A stretch of 62,387 nucleotides of DNA, taken from Alphaproteobacteria bacterium (GTDB lineage Bacteria; Pseudomonadota; Alphaproteobacteria; UBA11222). The number at the start of each line of letters is the position of its first letter. Position 1 is the stretch's first letter. This document shows positions 1 through 10,453 of this stretch, piece after piece. Position numbers and translations under genes: made by a program. The notes below the pieces were generated by a model, which ran no database searches, had not been told where the DNA came from, and saw only the letters and a program-made list of their open reading frames with translations. Location of the stretch: positions 1-62,387 of the forward strand of contig SHWM01000004.1 in assembly GCA_009693835.1 (NCBI GenBank), in the 5' to 3' direction.

Positions 1-462
1 TGATCCAGCGCCGGATGTAACCACCACGTTCCGGCAGCACTCGATTGAATCCCTGTGGCGGATGCCTTTCTGGCAATGACAGCCGGAGCGCTTGGCGCGC
101 CGTTGGCCGGCATCATGCTTTACCGCACATTATCCGCGGTTAATGCCGTATTCGAACACGCCAATATCAGGGTTCTTAGACGTTTGGATACGGTGATATC
201 GCAGCTTTGGGTTTCTCCCAAGATGCACAAGCTGCATCATTCGCGGGATAACGTGGAAACCTATTCGAACTATGGAAATTTGTTTTCCGTGTTCGACCGG
301 CTATTTGGCACGTTCACACCATCTGCAGGGGCAGGCGCGGTGCGCTATGGAATTGATGGATATGACAGTCAGGAGATACAGAGATTTTCCAGCCTCCTTA
401 AACTCCCGTTCACAAGAAAGCGGCGCGCCGGGGGATACCCAAAATATGAGGTGAAGGTTTAG
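1..462 (+). pseudogene. Sterol desaturase / fatty acid hydroxylase family protein, 5' end outside window, apparent 1-nt frameshift near 59-63
   Basis: Frame 2 (2-61) reads DPAPDVTTTFRQHSIESLWR, the segment that follows the HHS box in this family. Frame 1 continues AFLAM...FEHANI...PKMHKLHHS...NYGNLFSVFDRLFGT. Confidence 0.7.
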
Positions 463-1610
463 GCGGCTCCGGCGGGCGCGGGGTTTTTCCGCGCCCGCAG
501 GCTCTCGCTTTTCAACTGGCCGCAGGCGGCCATGATGTCGCGGCCGCGCGGCGTGCGGACCGGGCTGGCGTATCCCGCGCGGTTGACGATTTCGGCGAAG
601 GCCTCGATCTGCGTCCATTCGCTGCATTCATAGGGCGCCCCCGGCCAGGGGTTGAACGGAATTAAATTAATTTTGGCCGGGATGCCCGCAATCAGACGCA
701 CCAGTTCGCGCGCATCCGCCAGGCTGTCATTAACGCCCTTCAGCATCACATATTCAAACGTGATGCGACGCGCATTGGACGCGCCCGGATAGGCGCGGCA
801 CGCCGCCAGCAATTCGGCAATCGGATATTTGCGGTTCAGCGGCACGATTTCATCGCGCACCTCATCGCGCACCGCATGCAGGGATACGGCCAGATTGGTT
901 CCGATTTCCTCGCCGCAGCGCGCCATCATCGGCACGACGCCAGCGGTTGAAAGCGTGATGCGGCGGCGCGACAGGCTCAGCCCCTCATTGTCCATGACGA
1001 TCTGCAGGGCGGCTTTGACATTGTCGAAATTATATAGTGGCTCGCCCATGCCCATCATGACGACATTGGTCAGGTGCCGGTCGCAGTGAAGCCATTCATC
1101 CAGCGCATCGCGCGCCACCATCATCTGCGCCACAATCTCGGCGGGCGTCAGATTGCGCACCAGCATCTGCGTGCCGGTGTGGCAGAATTTGCAGTTCAAT
1201 GTGCAGCCGACTTGCGAAGACACGCACAGGGTGCCGCGCTCGTCTTCCGGGATAAACACCGTTTCGGCTTCCTTGCCATCGGCAAAACGCATCAGCCATT
1301 TGCGGGTGCCGTCGGTAGAAATCTGTTCGCTGGTGATTTCGGGCCGCGCCAGGCTGAAATGCGTACTGAGCAGGTGGCGTAAATCTTTTGAGATGTTCGA
1401 CATGGCGTCGAAATCCTGGACGCCGCGAAAATACATCCAGTGCCAGATCTGCTGCGTGCGCATTTTTACCTGATGTTCCGGCACGCCGGCCGCCAGCAGG
1501 TGCGGCGCAAGTGCCGCGCGCGAAAGCCCGATCAGATTGGTCCGCCCCGTTTCCGGAGCCTCAACAGAGGCAAGTTCCATAAACTTTGTCAGCTTTCTAT
1601 TTGACGCCAC
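459..1610 (-). CDS. rlmN: 23S rRNA m2A2503 / tRNA m2A37 radical SAM methyltransferase RlmN
   Basis: [18 protein letters not shown] (CxxxCxxC), [18 protein letters not shown]. Confidence 0.96.
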   Translation of the reverse strand: MASNRKLTKFMELASVEAPETGRTNLIGLSRAALAPHLLAAGVPEHQVKMRTQQIWHWMYFRGVQDFDAMSNISKDLRHLLSTHFSLARPEITSEQISTDGTRKWLMRFADGKEAETVFIPEDERGTLCVSSQVGCTLNCKFCHTGTQMLVRNLTPAEIVAQMMVARDALDEWLHCDRHLTNVVMMGMGEPLYNFDNVKAALQIVMDNEGLSLSRRRITLSTAGVVPMMARCGEEIGTNLAVSLHAVRDEVRDEIVPLNRKYPIAELLAACRAYPGASNARRITFEYVMLKGVNDSLADARELVRLIAGIPAKINLIPFNPWPGAPYECSEWTQIEAFAEIVNRAGYASPVRTPRGRDIMAACGQLKSESLRARKNPAPAGAA

Positions 1611-2136
1611 AGGCCTTGTTGATGGTTTTCAGCGCCGCGCTGAAACCGGCCAGTGAGTATGTGTCCGTGGTTTTGGTGCCGCGCTGCGACGTGCCGGTGA
1701 CCACCAGCCGGTCGGCCTGCTTCATGGCGGCGATCAGGCGGCCCTCCTCGGCAGGCTTTTCCACCCAGGCGCCGTCGTTTTCAGTAAACAGGGAAAATTT
1801 CTCCTTGCCGACACTGATGCTGGCGTCACTGCCCGCCTTATAGGGATAGCCTGCGATGATATTTATTTCATTGGTTATTTTGCTGGCCGGGCGGTGCGTG
1901 ACGAACAGATAAACATCACCGCGATTGGCGCCTGCCGGTTCGCTTTTGCCGGGTGCCGCGCGCAGATAACAGGATTTGGTCTTGCCTTCGGTGACCACGA
2001 AGGCGTCCCAGTCGCGGCTGCTACCCAGCAGGGTTTGCGCCGCCAGCGGTTGCATCCAGCCCGAACACACAAACAACAGCGCCGCCAACCACAGCCACAC
2101 CAGCCTATTTATCATCCTCGTAAAATGTGTCTGCAT
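1597..2136 (-). CDS. Invasion-associated locus B (IalB)-family periplasmic protein; true start may be a few codons downstream
   Basis: Signal peptide, DW..C, terminal [17 protein letters not shown]; usual position upstream of rlmN in alphaproteobacteria. Confidence 0.75.
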   Translation of the reverse strand: MQTHFTRMINRLVWLWLAALLFVCSGWMQPLAAQTLLGSSRDWDAFVVTEGKTKSCYLRAAPGKSEPAGANRGDVYLFVTHRPASKITNEINIIAGYPYKAGSDASISVGKEKFSLFTENDGAWVEKPAEEGRLIAAMKQADRLVVTGTSQRGTKTTDTYSLAGFSAALKTINKACGVK

Positions 2137-2309
2137 AAGGCCACCTTCAGCATGTTTTGCCAGTCAGTCTCGATCCAGATCATTCCAGCACAGCCCTATA
2201 CTATTTTTTGCCGGTGCGCTGCAAGCTTGGGAGGTTCCGATATGGGGTGTCATGTGTTAACAATAATTAATAGAATTGACGCCAACCCCGGAAAAATGAG
2301 GGATTTACA

Positions 2310-3299
2310 ATGAAAGCTGTGCTGTGCAAAGCCCTGGGCCTGCCCGAAACCCTGGTAGTGGAGGAATTGCCGGATTACAAGCCCGGCCCAGGACAGGTGG
2401 TGGTTGACGTACATGCCTGTGGCGTGAATTTTCCGGATTATCTGATTATACAGGGTAAATATCAGGCCAGACCAAAGCTGCCTTTCTCTCCGGGGGCCGA
2501 AGTTGCCGGTGTGATCAGCGCTTTGGGCGCGGGCGTCACGGGCCTCAAGGTGGGCGACCGGGTATTGTCCTTTATCGGAACGGGCTATGGCGGCTTTGCC
2601 GATCAGGCGCTGGTGCAGGCGGAAATGGTGACCAAAATCCCGCCGCAGATGGATTTCGACACCGCCTCGGCTTTTATACTGACCTATGGCACCTCTTATT
2701 ATTCCCTGAAGGATCGGGGCGATCTGAAACCTGGCGAAACCCTGCTGGTGCTGGGGGCGGCGGGCGGTGTCGGCCTTGCGGCGGTGGAGCTTGGCAAGGC
2801 CATGGGCGCGCGGGTGATCGCCGCCGCATCTACGGATGAAAAGCTGGCGGCATGCAAGGCGCATGGCGCGGATGAAGGCATCAATTATGATAAAGAGGAC
2901 CTCAAGGAACGCATCAAGGCGCTGACCGGCGGCAAGGGCGCGGATGTGATCTATGATCCGGTCGGGGGCGATTATTCCGAGGCCGCGCTGCGCGCCATCA
3001 ACTGGAACGGCCGTTTTCTGGTGGTGGGGTTCGCCAATGGGGAAATTCCGAAAATCCCACTGAACCTTACCCTGCTGAAAGGCTGCCAGATTGTTGGCGT
3101 GTTCTGGGGCGCGTCCATTGAACGCGACGTGGCGCATTTCCAGAAACGCAGCGAGGAGCTGATGCACTATTATGTGCAGGGCAAGCTGAAACCGCTGGTG
3201 ACGGGAAAATATCCGCTGAAGGAAGTGGCGACGGCGCTGAATCTTTTGGCGGCGCGCAAAGTAATGGGTAAGCTGGTGCTGACCACGGGGCGCAGTTGA
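2310..3299 (+). CDS. NADPH:quinone oxidoreductase family (zinc-independent MDR)
   Basis: GVNFPD, PFSPGAEVAG, GAAGGVGLAAVELGK, GKLVL. Confidence 0.9.
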   Translation: MKAVLCKALGLPETLVVEELPDYKPGPGQVVVDVHACGVNFPDYLIIQGKYQARPKLPFSPGAEVAGVISALGAGVTGLKVGDRVLSFIGTGYGGFADQALVQAEMVTKIPPQMDFDTASAFILTYGTSYYSLKDRGDLKPGETLLVLGAAGGVGLAAVELGKAMGARVIAAASTDEKLAACKAHGADEGINYDKEDLKERIKALTGGKGADVIYDPVGGDYSEAALRAINWNGRFLVVGFANGEIPKIPLNLTLLKGCQIVGVFWGASIERDVAHFQKRSEELMHYYVQGKLKPLVTGKYPLKEVATALNLLAARKVMGKLVLTTGRS

Positions 3300-3372
3300 C
3301 TGTCCAGACGGGTAACCAGAACGGCACGGTGACGGGGTTCCCCGGGGCCGACATGGGGAGGAGGAGGCATGG

Positions 3373-3939
3373 ATGTCGCAGTTTTTTGACCATATACCTG
3401 AAAATCTGCAGGAATTTATCTCCCGGCAGAAGCTGTTTTTCATCGCCACCACCGCCGCCACTGGCCGCATCAGCCTCTCGCCCAAGGGCATGGATACGTT
3501 TCGCTGCCTGGGCGCGCACAGGTGCGCCTATCTTGACCTGACCGGCAGCGGCAATGAAACAGCGGCCTATCTCAAGGCCGATGGCCGCGCCACGATTATG
3601 TTCTGCTCGTTTGATCAACAGGCGCTGATCCTGCGCCTCTATGGCAAAGGCCGCCCCGCGCAACCGGGCGATCCCGATTGGAACAGCCTGACCGGTAAAT
3701 TCCCGTCCCTTCCAGGTGTGCGCCAGATCATGCTGTTCGATATAGATAGCGTGCAGACATCGTGCGGCTATGCTGTGCCGGAATATGAACTGAAACGGGA
3801 ACGCCCGATCCTGACCCAGTGGGCGGAAAAAAAGTCTCCGGACGAACTGCAGGCCTATCGGGCAATGAAGAATAAAGTTAGCATTGATGGCTTTGACACC
3901 GGGCTGGCCGCCCGCCCAACCGAAAATAAAAAGGCATAA
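3373..3939 (+). CDS. Pyridoxamine 5'-phosphate oxidase family (split beta-barrel flavin-binding) protein
   Basis: FFIAT, SPKG, YLDLTGSGNETAA, MFCSF, ILRLYG, QTSCGYAVP. Confidence 0.85.
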   Translation: MSQFFDHIPENLQEFISRQKLFFIATTAATGRISLSPKGMDTFRCLGAHRCAYLDLTGSGNETAAYLKADGRATIMFCSFDQQALILRLYGKGRPAQPGDPDWNSLTGKFPSLPGVRQIMLFDIDSVQTSCGYAVPEYELKRERPILTQWAEKKSPDELQAYRAMKNKVSIDGFDTGLAARPTENKKA

Positions 3940-3944
3940 ATAAT

Positions 3945-5174
3945 ATGGAAAAGCTGGAACAAACAGTACCAGGCGGCCGGGTAGCGGGTAAATTTGAGGG
4001 GCGTTTCAAATCCGTGGCCGACCGCTTTGCCGCAAATTTTTCGGAACTGGGCGAAGTGGGCGCATCGGTTTGCATCACGCTGAATGGCGAGACAGTGCTG
4101 GATTTATGGGGCGGCCGGGTGGTGCCCGACGCGCCTGCAGCCTGGAACGCGGATACGGTGTCGATCGTATTTTCTTCGACCAAGGGGGCTACCGCGCTCT
4201 GCGCCCATATTCTGGCGGACCGGGGGTTGCTCGATCTGAATGCGCCTGTCGGGCAATACTGGCCGGAATTTGCCTGCAATGGGAAAGAAAACGTCACCGT
4301 GCGCATGATGCTGGACCACAGCGCCGGGGTGCCCGTGATACGCGACCCGCTGGAAAAGGGCGACGTCAATAATTGGGCTTTGATGTGCGACAAGCTGGCC
4401 AGTCAGGCCCCGTTCTGGGAACCGGGAGAGAGGCATGGCTATCATGCGCTGACGTTTGGCTGGACTGTCGGCGAACTGGTGCGCCGGGTATCCGGCAAAT
4501 CGCTGGGCACTTTCTTCCGCGATGAGGTGGCCAAGCCGCTGGGCCTTGATTTCTGGATCGGCACGCCGGAGCTGATCGAATCCCGCGTCAGCCCGGTCAT
4601 CCTGTTCAAACCGGAAAAAGGCGCGCCCCTGCTGGCCTTTGCGCAACTGGCGGTGGCCGACCGCCAATCAATACCCGGCCTGTTCATTTTCAATGATGGC
4701 GGCTTCAATCCCAACCGGCGCGATTGCCATGCCGCAGAAATCGGCGGGGCCAATGGGATGACGAATGCGCGCGGCCTGGCGGGCATGTATGCGCCGCTGG
4801 CCAATGGCGGCACGGCGCGCGGCGTCAAACTGGTCAGCGCGGACACGGTGGCGCGCATGGGACAGGTGTCGATGGCGACGCATATGGATCAAACACTTAT
4901 GGCGCGGACACGTTTCGCGCTGGGTTATATGAAGTCGATGGATAATCGCCCGCAGAACAATATGGGCAACATGATATTGACCGAACGCGCGTTTGGCCAT
5001 GTCGGCGCGGGCGGCAGCATCGGTTTTGCCGATCCGTCCTGCGGTCTCTCATTTGGCTATACCATGAACAAAATGGGCGAAGGCATCTTGCTGAACGCTC
5101 GCGGCCAGGGGCTTGTCGACGCCACCTACCGCGCGCTCGGGTTTACATCCAACACGGGCGGTGTCTGGATCTGA
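3945..5174 (+). CDS. Serine hydrolase, beta-lactamase-like (family VIII esterase), copy 1
   Basis: SxxK (FSSTK), YWPEF, PFWEPG..HGYHALT, FGHVGAGGS. Confidence 0.9.
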   Translation: MEKLEQTVPGGRVAGKFEGRFKSVADRFAANFSELGEVGASVCITLNGETVLDLWGGRVVPDAPAAWNADTVSIVFSSTKGATALCAHILADRGLLDLNAPVGQYWPEFACNGKENVTVRMMLDHSAGVPVIRDPLEKGDVNNWALMCDKLASQAPFWEPGERHGYHALTFGWTVGELVRRVSGKSLGTFFRDEVAKPLGLDFWIGTPELIESRVSPVILFKPEKGAPLLAFAQLAVADRQSIPGLFIFNDGGFNPNRRDCHAAEIGGANGMTNARGLAGMYAPLANGGTARGVKLVSADTVARMGQVSMATHMDQTLMARTRFALGYMKSMDNRPQNNMGNMILTERAFGHVGAGGSIGFADPSCGLSFGYTMNKMGEGILLNARGQGLVDATYRALGFTSNTGGVWI

Positions 5175-5211
5175 AATCAATTTGGACGGCGGGAAGGAAT
5201 GCGGGGATCAC

Positions 5212-6441
5212 ATGCAGAAAATAAACCGGGAAGTTCCTAAAGGCCGCGTCGAAGGCAGTTTTGACGCCCGCTATCAGAGCGTGGCCGACGCCTTCATAAA
5301 AAACTTCACGGATTATGATGAGGTCGGCGCTAGCGTCTGCCTCAAGGTTGGCGGCGAAACCATGGTGGACATGTGGGGCGGGCGGATGGCGCCAGATTCC
5401 GACAGGCCATGGCAATCCGATACTGTTTCGATCATCTTTTCCAGCACCAAGGGCGCGACCGCCCTGTGCGCACATATTCTCGCCGACCGGGGGCTGCTGG
5501 ATCTGGACGCCCCGGTGGCGCAGTATTGGCCCGAGTTCGCGTGCAATGGCAAGGAAAAGGCAACGGTCCGCATGATGCTGGATCACAGCGTTGGCGTGCC
5601 GGTGCTGCGCGATCCGCTGCCCAAGGGCGCGGTGAATAATTGGGATCTGATGTGCGAGCGGCTGGCCGCCCAGGCGCCGTTCTGGGAGCCGGGCCTGCGG
5701 CATGGCTATCATGCGCTGACCATCGGATGGACAGTGGGCGAGCTGGTGCGCCGGGTGTCGGGCAAGTCGCTGGGCACATTTTTTCAGGATGCGGTGGCGA
5801 AGCCGCTGGGGCTGGATTTCTGGATCGGTACCCCTGAATCCGTTGAGCCGCGCATTTCCGCGATGCTGGCGTTCGACATCGGCAGCCTTGCCGAGAAGTC
5901 GCCTTTTGGGGCCCGCGCGATGGCGGACCGCAATTCGGTGCCGGGTCTGTTTTTGTTCAATGACGGCGGGTTCGAACCCAATACGCGCGCCTGTCATGCC
6001 GCCGAAATAGGCGGCGCCAACGGCATTTCCAATGCCCGTGGTTTGGCTGGCATGTATGCGCCGCTGGCCTGTGGCGGCACGGCGCAGGGCGTAAAGCTTG
6101 TCGGGCGGGACACGATCGCGCGCATGGGCCAGGTGGCCAGCGCGTCGCATCTGGATGAAACCCTGTGCGTACCCACGCGTTTTTCACTCGGCTACATGAA
6201 AAGCATGGACAATCGCAAGATGGGGAACTTCGCCAATATGCTGTTGTCGGAACGCGCGTTTGGCCATGTCGGCGCGGGCGGCAGTATCGGCTTTGCTGAT
6301 CCGGAATGCGGCCTCTCGTTCGGCTACACCATGAACCGGATGGGCGATGGATTGTTGCTCAATGAACGCGGCCAGGGGCTGATTGACGCCACCTACCGGG
6401 TGCTGGGTTACACGTCCAACGCGGGTGGTGTCTGGATCTGA
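5212..6441 (+). CDS. Serine hydrolase, beta-lactamase-like (family VIII esterase), copy 2
   Basis: Same motifs as copy 1. ATG at 5212 gives 409 aa, the same length as copy 1. Confidence 0.9.
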   Translation: MQKINREVPKGRVEGSFDARYQSVADAFIKNFTDYDEVGASVCLKVGGETMVDMWGGRMAPDSDRPWQSDTVSIIFSSTKGATALCAHILADRGLLDLDAPVAQYWPEFACNGKEKATVRMMLDHSVGVPVLRDPLPKGAVNNWDLMCERLAAQAPFWEPGLRHGYHALTIGWTVGELVRRVSGKSLGTFFQDAVAKPLGLDFWIGTPESVEPRISAMLAFDIGSLAEKSPFGARAMADRNSVPGLFLFNDGGFEPNTRACHAAEIGGANGISNARGLAGMYAPLACGGTAQGVKLVGRDTIARMGQVASASHLDETLCVPTRFSLGYMKSMDNRKMGNFANMLLSERAFGHVGAGGSIGFADPECGLSFGYTMNRMGDGLLLNERGQGLIDATYRVLGYTSNAGGVWI

Positions 6442-6486
6442 GGAATAGACGAGGCGCATGCGGCGTAAACGCAAAATCAGGCCGCA

Positions 6487-7728
6487 ATGACCCAGATCAT
6501 CGCCAGTGTGAAATGGATTCTCCTTGCGCTGGTCGCGGGCGCGGGGCTTGGCCTTGTGTATCCCGGGGCGGCGCTGGCGATCACGCCGGTAAGCAAGTTT
6601 CTGCTGCAACTCATCAAGGCGGCGGCCACGCCGCTGGTGCTGTTTGCGGTGCTGGAGGCGATTTTGCGATTTCGGGTCGCGGGGGCCGACTTTCTCCGCC
6701 TGTTAGTCATTACCCTGATCAATGCCAGCATCGCCATCGCCATCGGCCTGCTCATGGCCAATCTGTTTGTGCCCGGCCAGTATCTGACCTTTCTGTCGGG
6801 TGATGTGGCCGGCGCCACCAAGGAAATAGATTTCCTGGACATGATCGCCAAGCAATTGCCCGTCAGCATTGTGCAGCCGCTGGCGGATAACAGCATCATG
6901 CCGGTTGTGATCATGGGGGTGGCGTTCGGTTTTGCCTGGCGCAAGGTGCGCGCCGGGCAGAATGCCGCCGCCAGCGCGCTGATGGATCAGGGCGTGATGT
7001 GGATCACGTTCGCGCGCGAGATGTGCGAAACCCTGCTGATCTGGATCGTGAAACTGATCCCGCTCGCGGTTTTCGCGGCCAGCGCAAAGGTGACGGCGGA
7101 GCATGGCCTGCAACCTTTCAAGGGGCTTGGGCAATATGTGCTGCTCTGCCTGTTGGGCATGGCGGTGCATGTGCTGTTCACCTACAGCGCCTGGCTGGTG
7201 GGGTTCGTGCGCATCGGCCTGCGTGACTTCTGGCGGCTGGCGATTGAACCCGCACTTTATTCATTTGGCGTCAACAGCAGCCTGGTGGCCCTGCCGCTGA
7301 CCTTGCGCACACTGGACAGGCTGGGCATTTCACGGCGCGCCTCCACGCTGGCGGCGGTGGTTGGCACCAATCTGAATAATGACGGCATCATCCTCTATGA
7401 AGGCTTTACCCTGCTGGCGCTGGCGCAGGCCGGGGGCATGGAGATGAGCCTTGGCGGGCAGATACTGGCTGCGCTGTATTGCATTGTGGCCGCCATGGGC
7501 GTGGCCGGCGTGCCGGAAGCTGGCATTGTGGCGCTGACGCTGGTGATGAGCGGTCTTGGCATACCGGTCGAGGCGCTGGCCCTGCTTTTGTCCGTGGACT
7601 GGATTATCGCACGGGCGCGGTCGCTGCTGAATACGACATCGGACATGGTTGGCTCGATGGTGCTGAACCGTTGGCTGGAGCTAAGCGAAGCTGGAAAAAT
7701 AAGAAACTCCAAATTGATGGTTTTCTGA
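6487..7728 (+). CDS. Dicarboxylate/amino acid:cation symporter (DAACS family)
   Basis: Multi-TM; HP1-like NSSLVALP, NLNNDG, GVAGVP, DWIIARARSLLN. Confidence 0.85.
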   Translation: MTQIIASVKWILLALVAGAGLGLVYPGAALAITPVSKFLLQLIKAAATPLVLFAVLEAILRFRVAGADFLRLLVITLINASIAIAIGLLMANLFVPGQYLTFLSGDVAGATKEIDFLDMIAKQLPVSIVQPLADNSIMPVVIMGVAFGFAWRKVRAGQNAAASALMDQGVMWITFAREMCETLLIWIVKLIPLAVFAASAKVTAEHGLQPFKGLGQYVLLCLLGMAVHVLFTYSAWLVGFVRIGLRDFWRLAIEPALYSFGVNSSLVALPLTLRTLDRLGISRRASTLAAVVGTNLNNDGIILYEGFTLLALAQAGGMEMSLGGQILAALYCIVAAMGVAGVPEAGIVALTLVMSGLGIPVEALALLLSVDWIIARARSLLNTTSDMVGSMVLNRWLELSEAGKIRNSKLMVF

Positions 7729-7790
7729 GGCCGGGTATTTCTTCGTGCCGAACCATTTTAGACTCTTGTCCGGTCAGGTAGCGCTATTTA

Positions 7791-7917
7791 CCCCCTCCCC
7801 TATCCCCTCCCCACAAGGGGGAGGGGAAGAGACCCCTGAAATTCCGAGCTAAATGCCCTCTCTTGCCAAGCAAAGCTTTGGCGCAGCCTGGTGATGGGGA
7901 GGGGTTGGGGTGAGGTG
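7791..7917. repeat. C-rich/G-rich bipartite palindromic intergenic repeat (REP-like), with nested GCCAAG...TTGGCGCAGCCTGG unit
   Basis: CCCCTCCCCACAAGGGGGAGGGG hairpin and GATGGGGAGGGGTTGGGGTGAG end, shared with 35217-35310 and 52438-52537. Confidence 0.75.
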
Positions 7918-7982
7918 ACAAATTAAAACTAAATTATGCAATCGGACTGCGTAGCAGTAAATGCGCGCCATTGACGGGTGGC

Positions 7983-8969
7983 CTAAAGATAGCGGTCTGC
8001 GGCCAGCAGATAATTCTGCACGTAATCATCAATCCCCGCTTCAAGCTCTGTAAACGGACGATTAAATCCCAGCGCGCGCAGACGCCCCATTTCCGCCTGG
8101 GTGTAATATTGGTAATTGGGGCGGATGGCAGCCGGCGTGTCGATATATTCGATGCGCGGGGCTTTGTTCATCGCGGCAAAAACCGCCCTGGCGAGGTCTT
8201 CGAAACTGCGCGCCTTCCCGCTGCCCACATTGTAGATGCCCTTGAAATTTCCATGCGCCAGCAGCCATAGCACCACGTCCGCGCAATCCCGGACATGGAT
8301 AAAATCGCGCAACTGTCCGCCATCGGCATAATCGGGATGATGCGACTTGAACAGCTTCACGGTTTCTCCGCGCTGGATGGCCTCGGTGATCTGGCAGATG
8401 ACCGAGCACATCTCCGCCTTGTGATATTCATTGGGCCCGTAGACATTGAAAAATTTCAGGCCGGCCCAGGCCAGCGGCGCCGGGCGGCCACTGCTAACCA
8501 GGCGCGAGACGCGCCGGTCAAAGGCGTGCTTGCTCCACCCATAGGCGTTTAACGGGCGCAGTTTCTGCAAGGCCTCGGGGGTCCAGTCATCGTCAAATCC
8601 GGCGGCGCCATCGCCATAGGTGGCGGCGGAGGAGGCATAAATAAACGGTGTGCCAGAACAGGCGCACCAGTCCCACAGATTGCAGGACAGACGGAAATTG
8701 GCCGCCAGAATTTTGTCCACGTCGCGTTCGGTGGTGCTCGAAACCGCGCCCATGTGAAGGATGGCTTCCATGCGGCTTTTGTGCCGGTCCAGAAAATCAA
8801 ACAGCGTCTCCGGGCGGATGATGTCGTGCACTTCATGATGCGCCAGGTTACGCCATTTGTCGTCTGCACCTAGCCAGTCGCAGACAATGATTTCACGCTT
8901 CTGGCCGCGGTTCAGCGCGGCGACCATGTTGGAGCCGATGAACCCTGCTCCCCCCGTGACGACGATCAT
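7983..8969 (-). CDS. hldD: ADP-L-glycero-D-manno-heptose 6-epimerase
   Basis: TGGAGFIGSN, YASSAATYGDG, PLNAYGWSK, FFNVYGPNEYHK. Confidence 0.95.
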   Translation of the reverse strand: MIVVTGGAGFIGSNMVAALNRGQKREIIVCDWLGADDKWRNLAHHEVHDIIRPETLFDFLDRHKSRMEAILHMGAVSSTTERDVDKILAANFRLSCNLWDWCACSGTPFIYASSAATYGDGAAGFDDDWTPEALQKLRPLNAYGWSKHAFDRRVSRLVSSGRPAPLAWAGLKFFNVYGPNEYHKAEMCSVICQITEAIQRGETVKLFKSHHPDYADGGQLRDFIHVRDCADVVLWLLAHGNFKGIYNVGSGKARSFEDLARAVFAAMNKAPRIEYIDTPAAIRPNYQYYTQAEMGRLRALGFNRPFTELEAGIDDYVQNYLLAADRYL

Positions 8970-8992
8970 TTGGGCGCTCCGGATTTGGACGT

Positions 8993-10453
8993 TTAACGGA
9001 TCATCCGCGCAATCATGCTGGTGGTGGAAAAGCCGTCTTCCAGGTCGGCCAGCAGGATACGCCCGCCATAGGACTGCACGATCTCATGGCCTACCACTTT
9101 CTCGACCGTGTAATCGGCGCCCTTGACCAGCACATCCGGCCGCAAGGCCTTGATCAGGTGAATGGGGGTTTCCTCATCGAACAGGATCACCATATCGACG
9201 CTGGCCAGCGAGGCCAGAACAATGGCGCGCGCCATCTCGCTCTGCACCGGGCGGCCCTCTCCCTTCAGGCGTTTCACGGACGCGTCTGTGTTCAGCCCGA
9301 CAATGAGATAGTCGCAGGCGTCGCGCGCCTGACGCAGCAGCGAGACATGCCCCGGATGCACCAGATCAAAACAGCCATTGGTGAAGCCGATTTTTTTGCC
9401 CCGGGCGCGCCACTTCGCCACGGTTTCCTGCGCGCCATTCAAATTGCGGATTTTCGCCTCTGCGCCCTTCAGGTCGGCGGCATGCAGCACACCCGCCAGA
9501 TCATCCAGATAGACGACGGCGGTGCCGGCCTTGGAAACCGCAAGACCCGCGCTGGTGTTGGCCAACAGGGCGGCATCCAGCAGCGGCGCACCCGCCGCCA
9601 AGGCGACCCCCAGTGTGGCCAGGCAGGTATCCCCGGCCCCTGATTCGTCAAATACTTCTGGCGCGCGTGCGGCGATATGCCGGGCAGGCTTGCCCGCTTC
9701 AATCAGGCTCATCCCGTTTTGCGCGCGTGTCACCAGAATGGCGCCCCCGATACTGGCGGCGGCTAGGCGCGCTGCCTTCTCGATCGCCGCGTCATCGGTG
9801 CACGGCAGCCCGCTGGCGGCCGCCAGTTCGCGCGTGTTCGGGGTCAGCACCTGGACACCTGCATAGCAGCTGAAATCATGGCTTTTGGGGTCTGCAATGA
9901 CGGGCTTTCCTGCCTTGCGGCTGATTTTTATCAATTGTTGCAGCATTTCGGGGTCCAGAACCCCTTTGGCGTAATCAGACAGGATCACCAGGCTGGCGTC
10001 TTTTAGCTCCGCCTCGAAAATATCCAGTATCTGGGCTTTGGCATTATGGTCCAGAATATTTGTGTGTTCGCGATCTGCGCGTAAAAGTTGCTGTGTGCCA
10101 ACCAGATAGCGCGTTTTGGTGGTGGTGTGGCGGCCCGGCACGACGAGCAGCCCGCTATACACACGCTCCAGTTCGCCAATCTGCCGGGTCGCCAGATGCC
10201 CGGCCTCATCATTTCCAATGACGGCGATCAGCGAAATTTGCGCGCCCAGAGCCGCTACATTTCGCACGACATTACCAGCCCCGCCCAGCATGGCGGTTTC
10301 ACGCTGAACCCGGATCACCGGAATAGGGGCTTCAGGCGAAATACGCTCCACATCGCCATAAATATACCGGTCCAGCATCACATCGCCGACGCAAACGATG
10401 CGTACATTCCGAAAACGCGGCAGGTAGGTGGTTAGTTGACCCAGTTCACTCAT
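8993..10453 (-). CDS. hldE: Bifunctional heptose 7-phosphate kinase / heptose 1-phosphate adenylyltransferase
   Basis: GDVMLDRY..RISPEAPIPV, GAGDT (PfkB domain); FTNGCFDLVHPGH, KGADY (nucleotidyltransferase domain). Confidence 0.95.
   Translation of the reverse strand: MSELGQLTTYLPRFRNVRIVCVGDVMLDRYIYGDVERISPEAPIPVIRVQRETAMLGGAGNVVRNVAALGAQISLIAVIGNDEAGHLATRQIGELERVYSGLLVVPGRHTTTKTRYLVGTQQLLRADREHTNILDHNAKAQILDIFEAELKDASLVILSDYAKGVLDPEMLQQLIKISRKAGKPVIADPKSHDFSCYAGVQVLTPNTRELAAASGLPCTDDAAIEKAARLAAASIGGAILVTRAQNGMSLIEAGKPARHIAARAPEVFDESGAGDTCLATLGVALAAGAPLLDAALLANTSAGLAVSKAGTAVVYLDDLAGVLHAADLKGAEAKIRNLNGAQETVAKWRARGKKIGFTNGCFDLVHPGHVSLLRQARDACDYLIVGLNTDASVKRLKGEGRPVQSEMARAIVLASLASVDMVILFDEETPIHLIKALRPDVLVKGADYTVEKVVGHEIVQSYGGRILLADLEDGFSTTSMIARMIR

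Noticed and set aside
2250-3491. Long antisense ORFs (also 5143-6150, 16141-17190, 48089-49462, 53117-54235)
   Set aside because: Shadow frames of well-supported genes in GC-rich DNA, with no motifs
3945-6441. Beta-lactam resistance genes or an assembly duplication
   Set aside because: No signal peptides and esterase-type YHA motif; the copies differ throughout at nucleotide level
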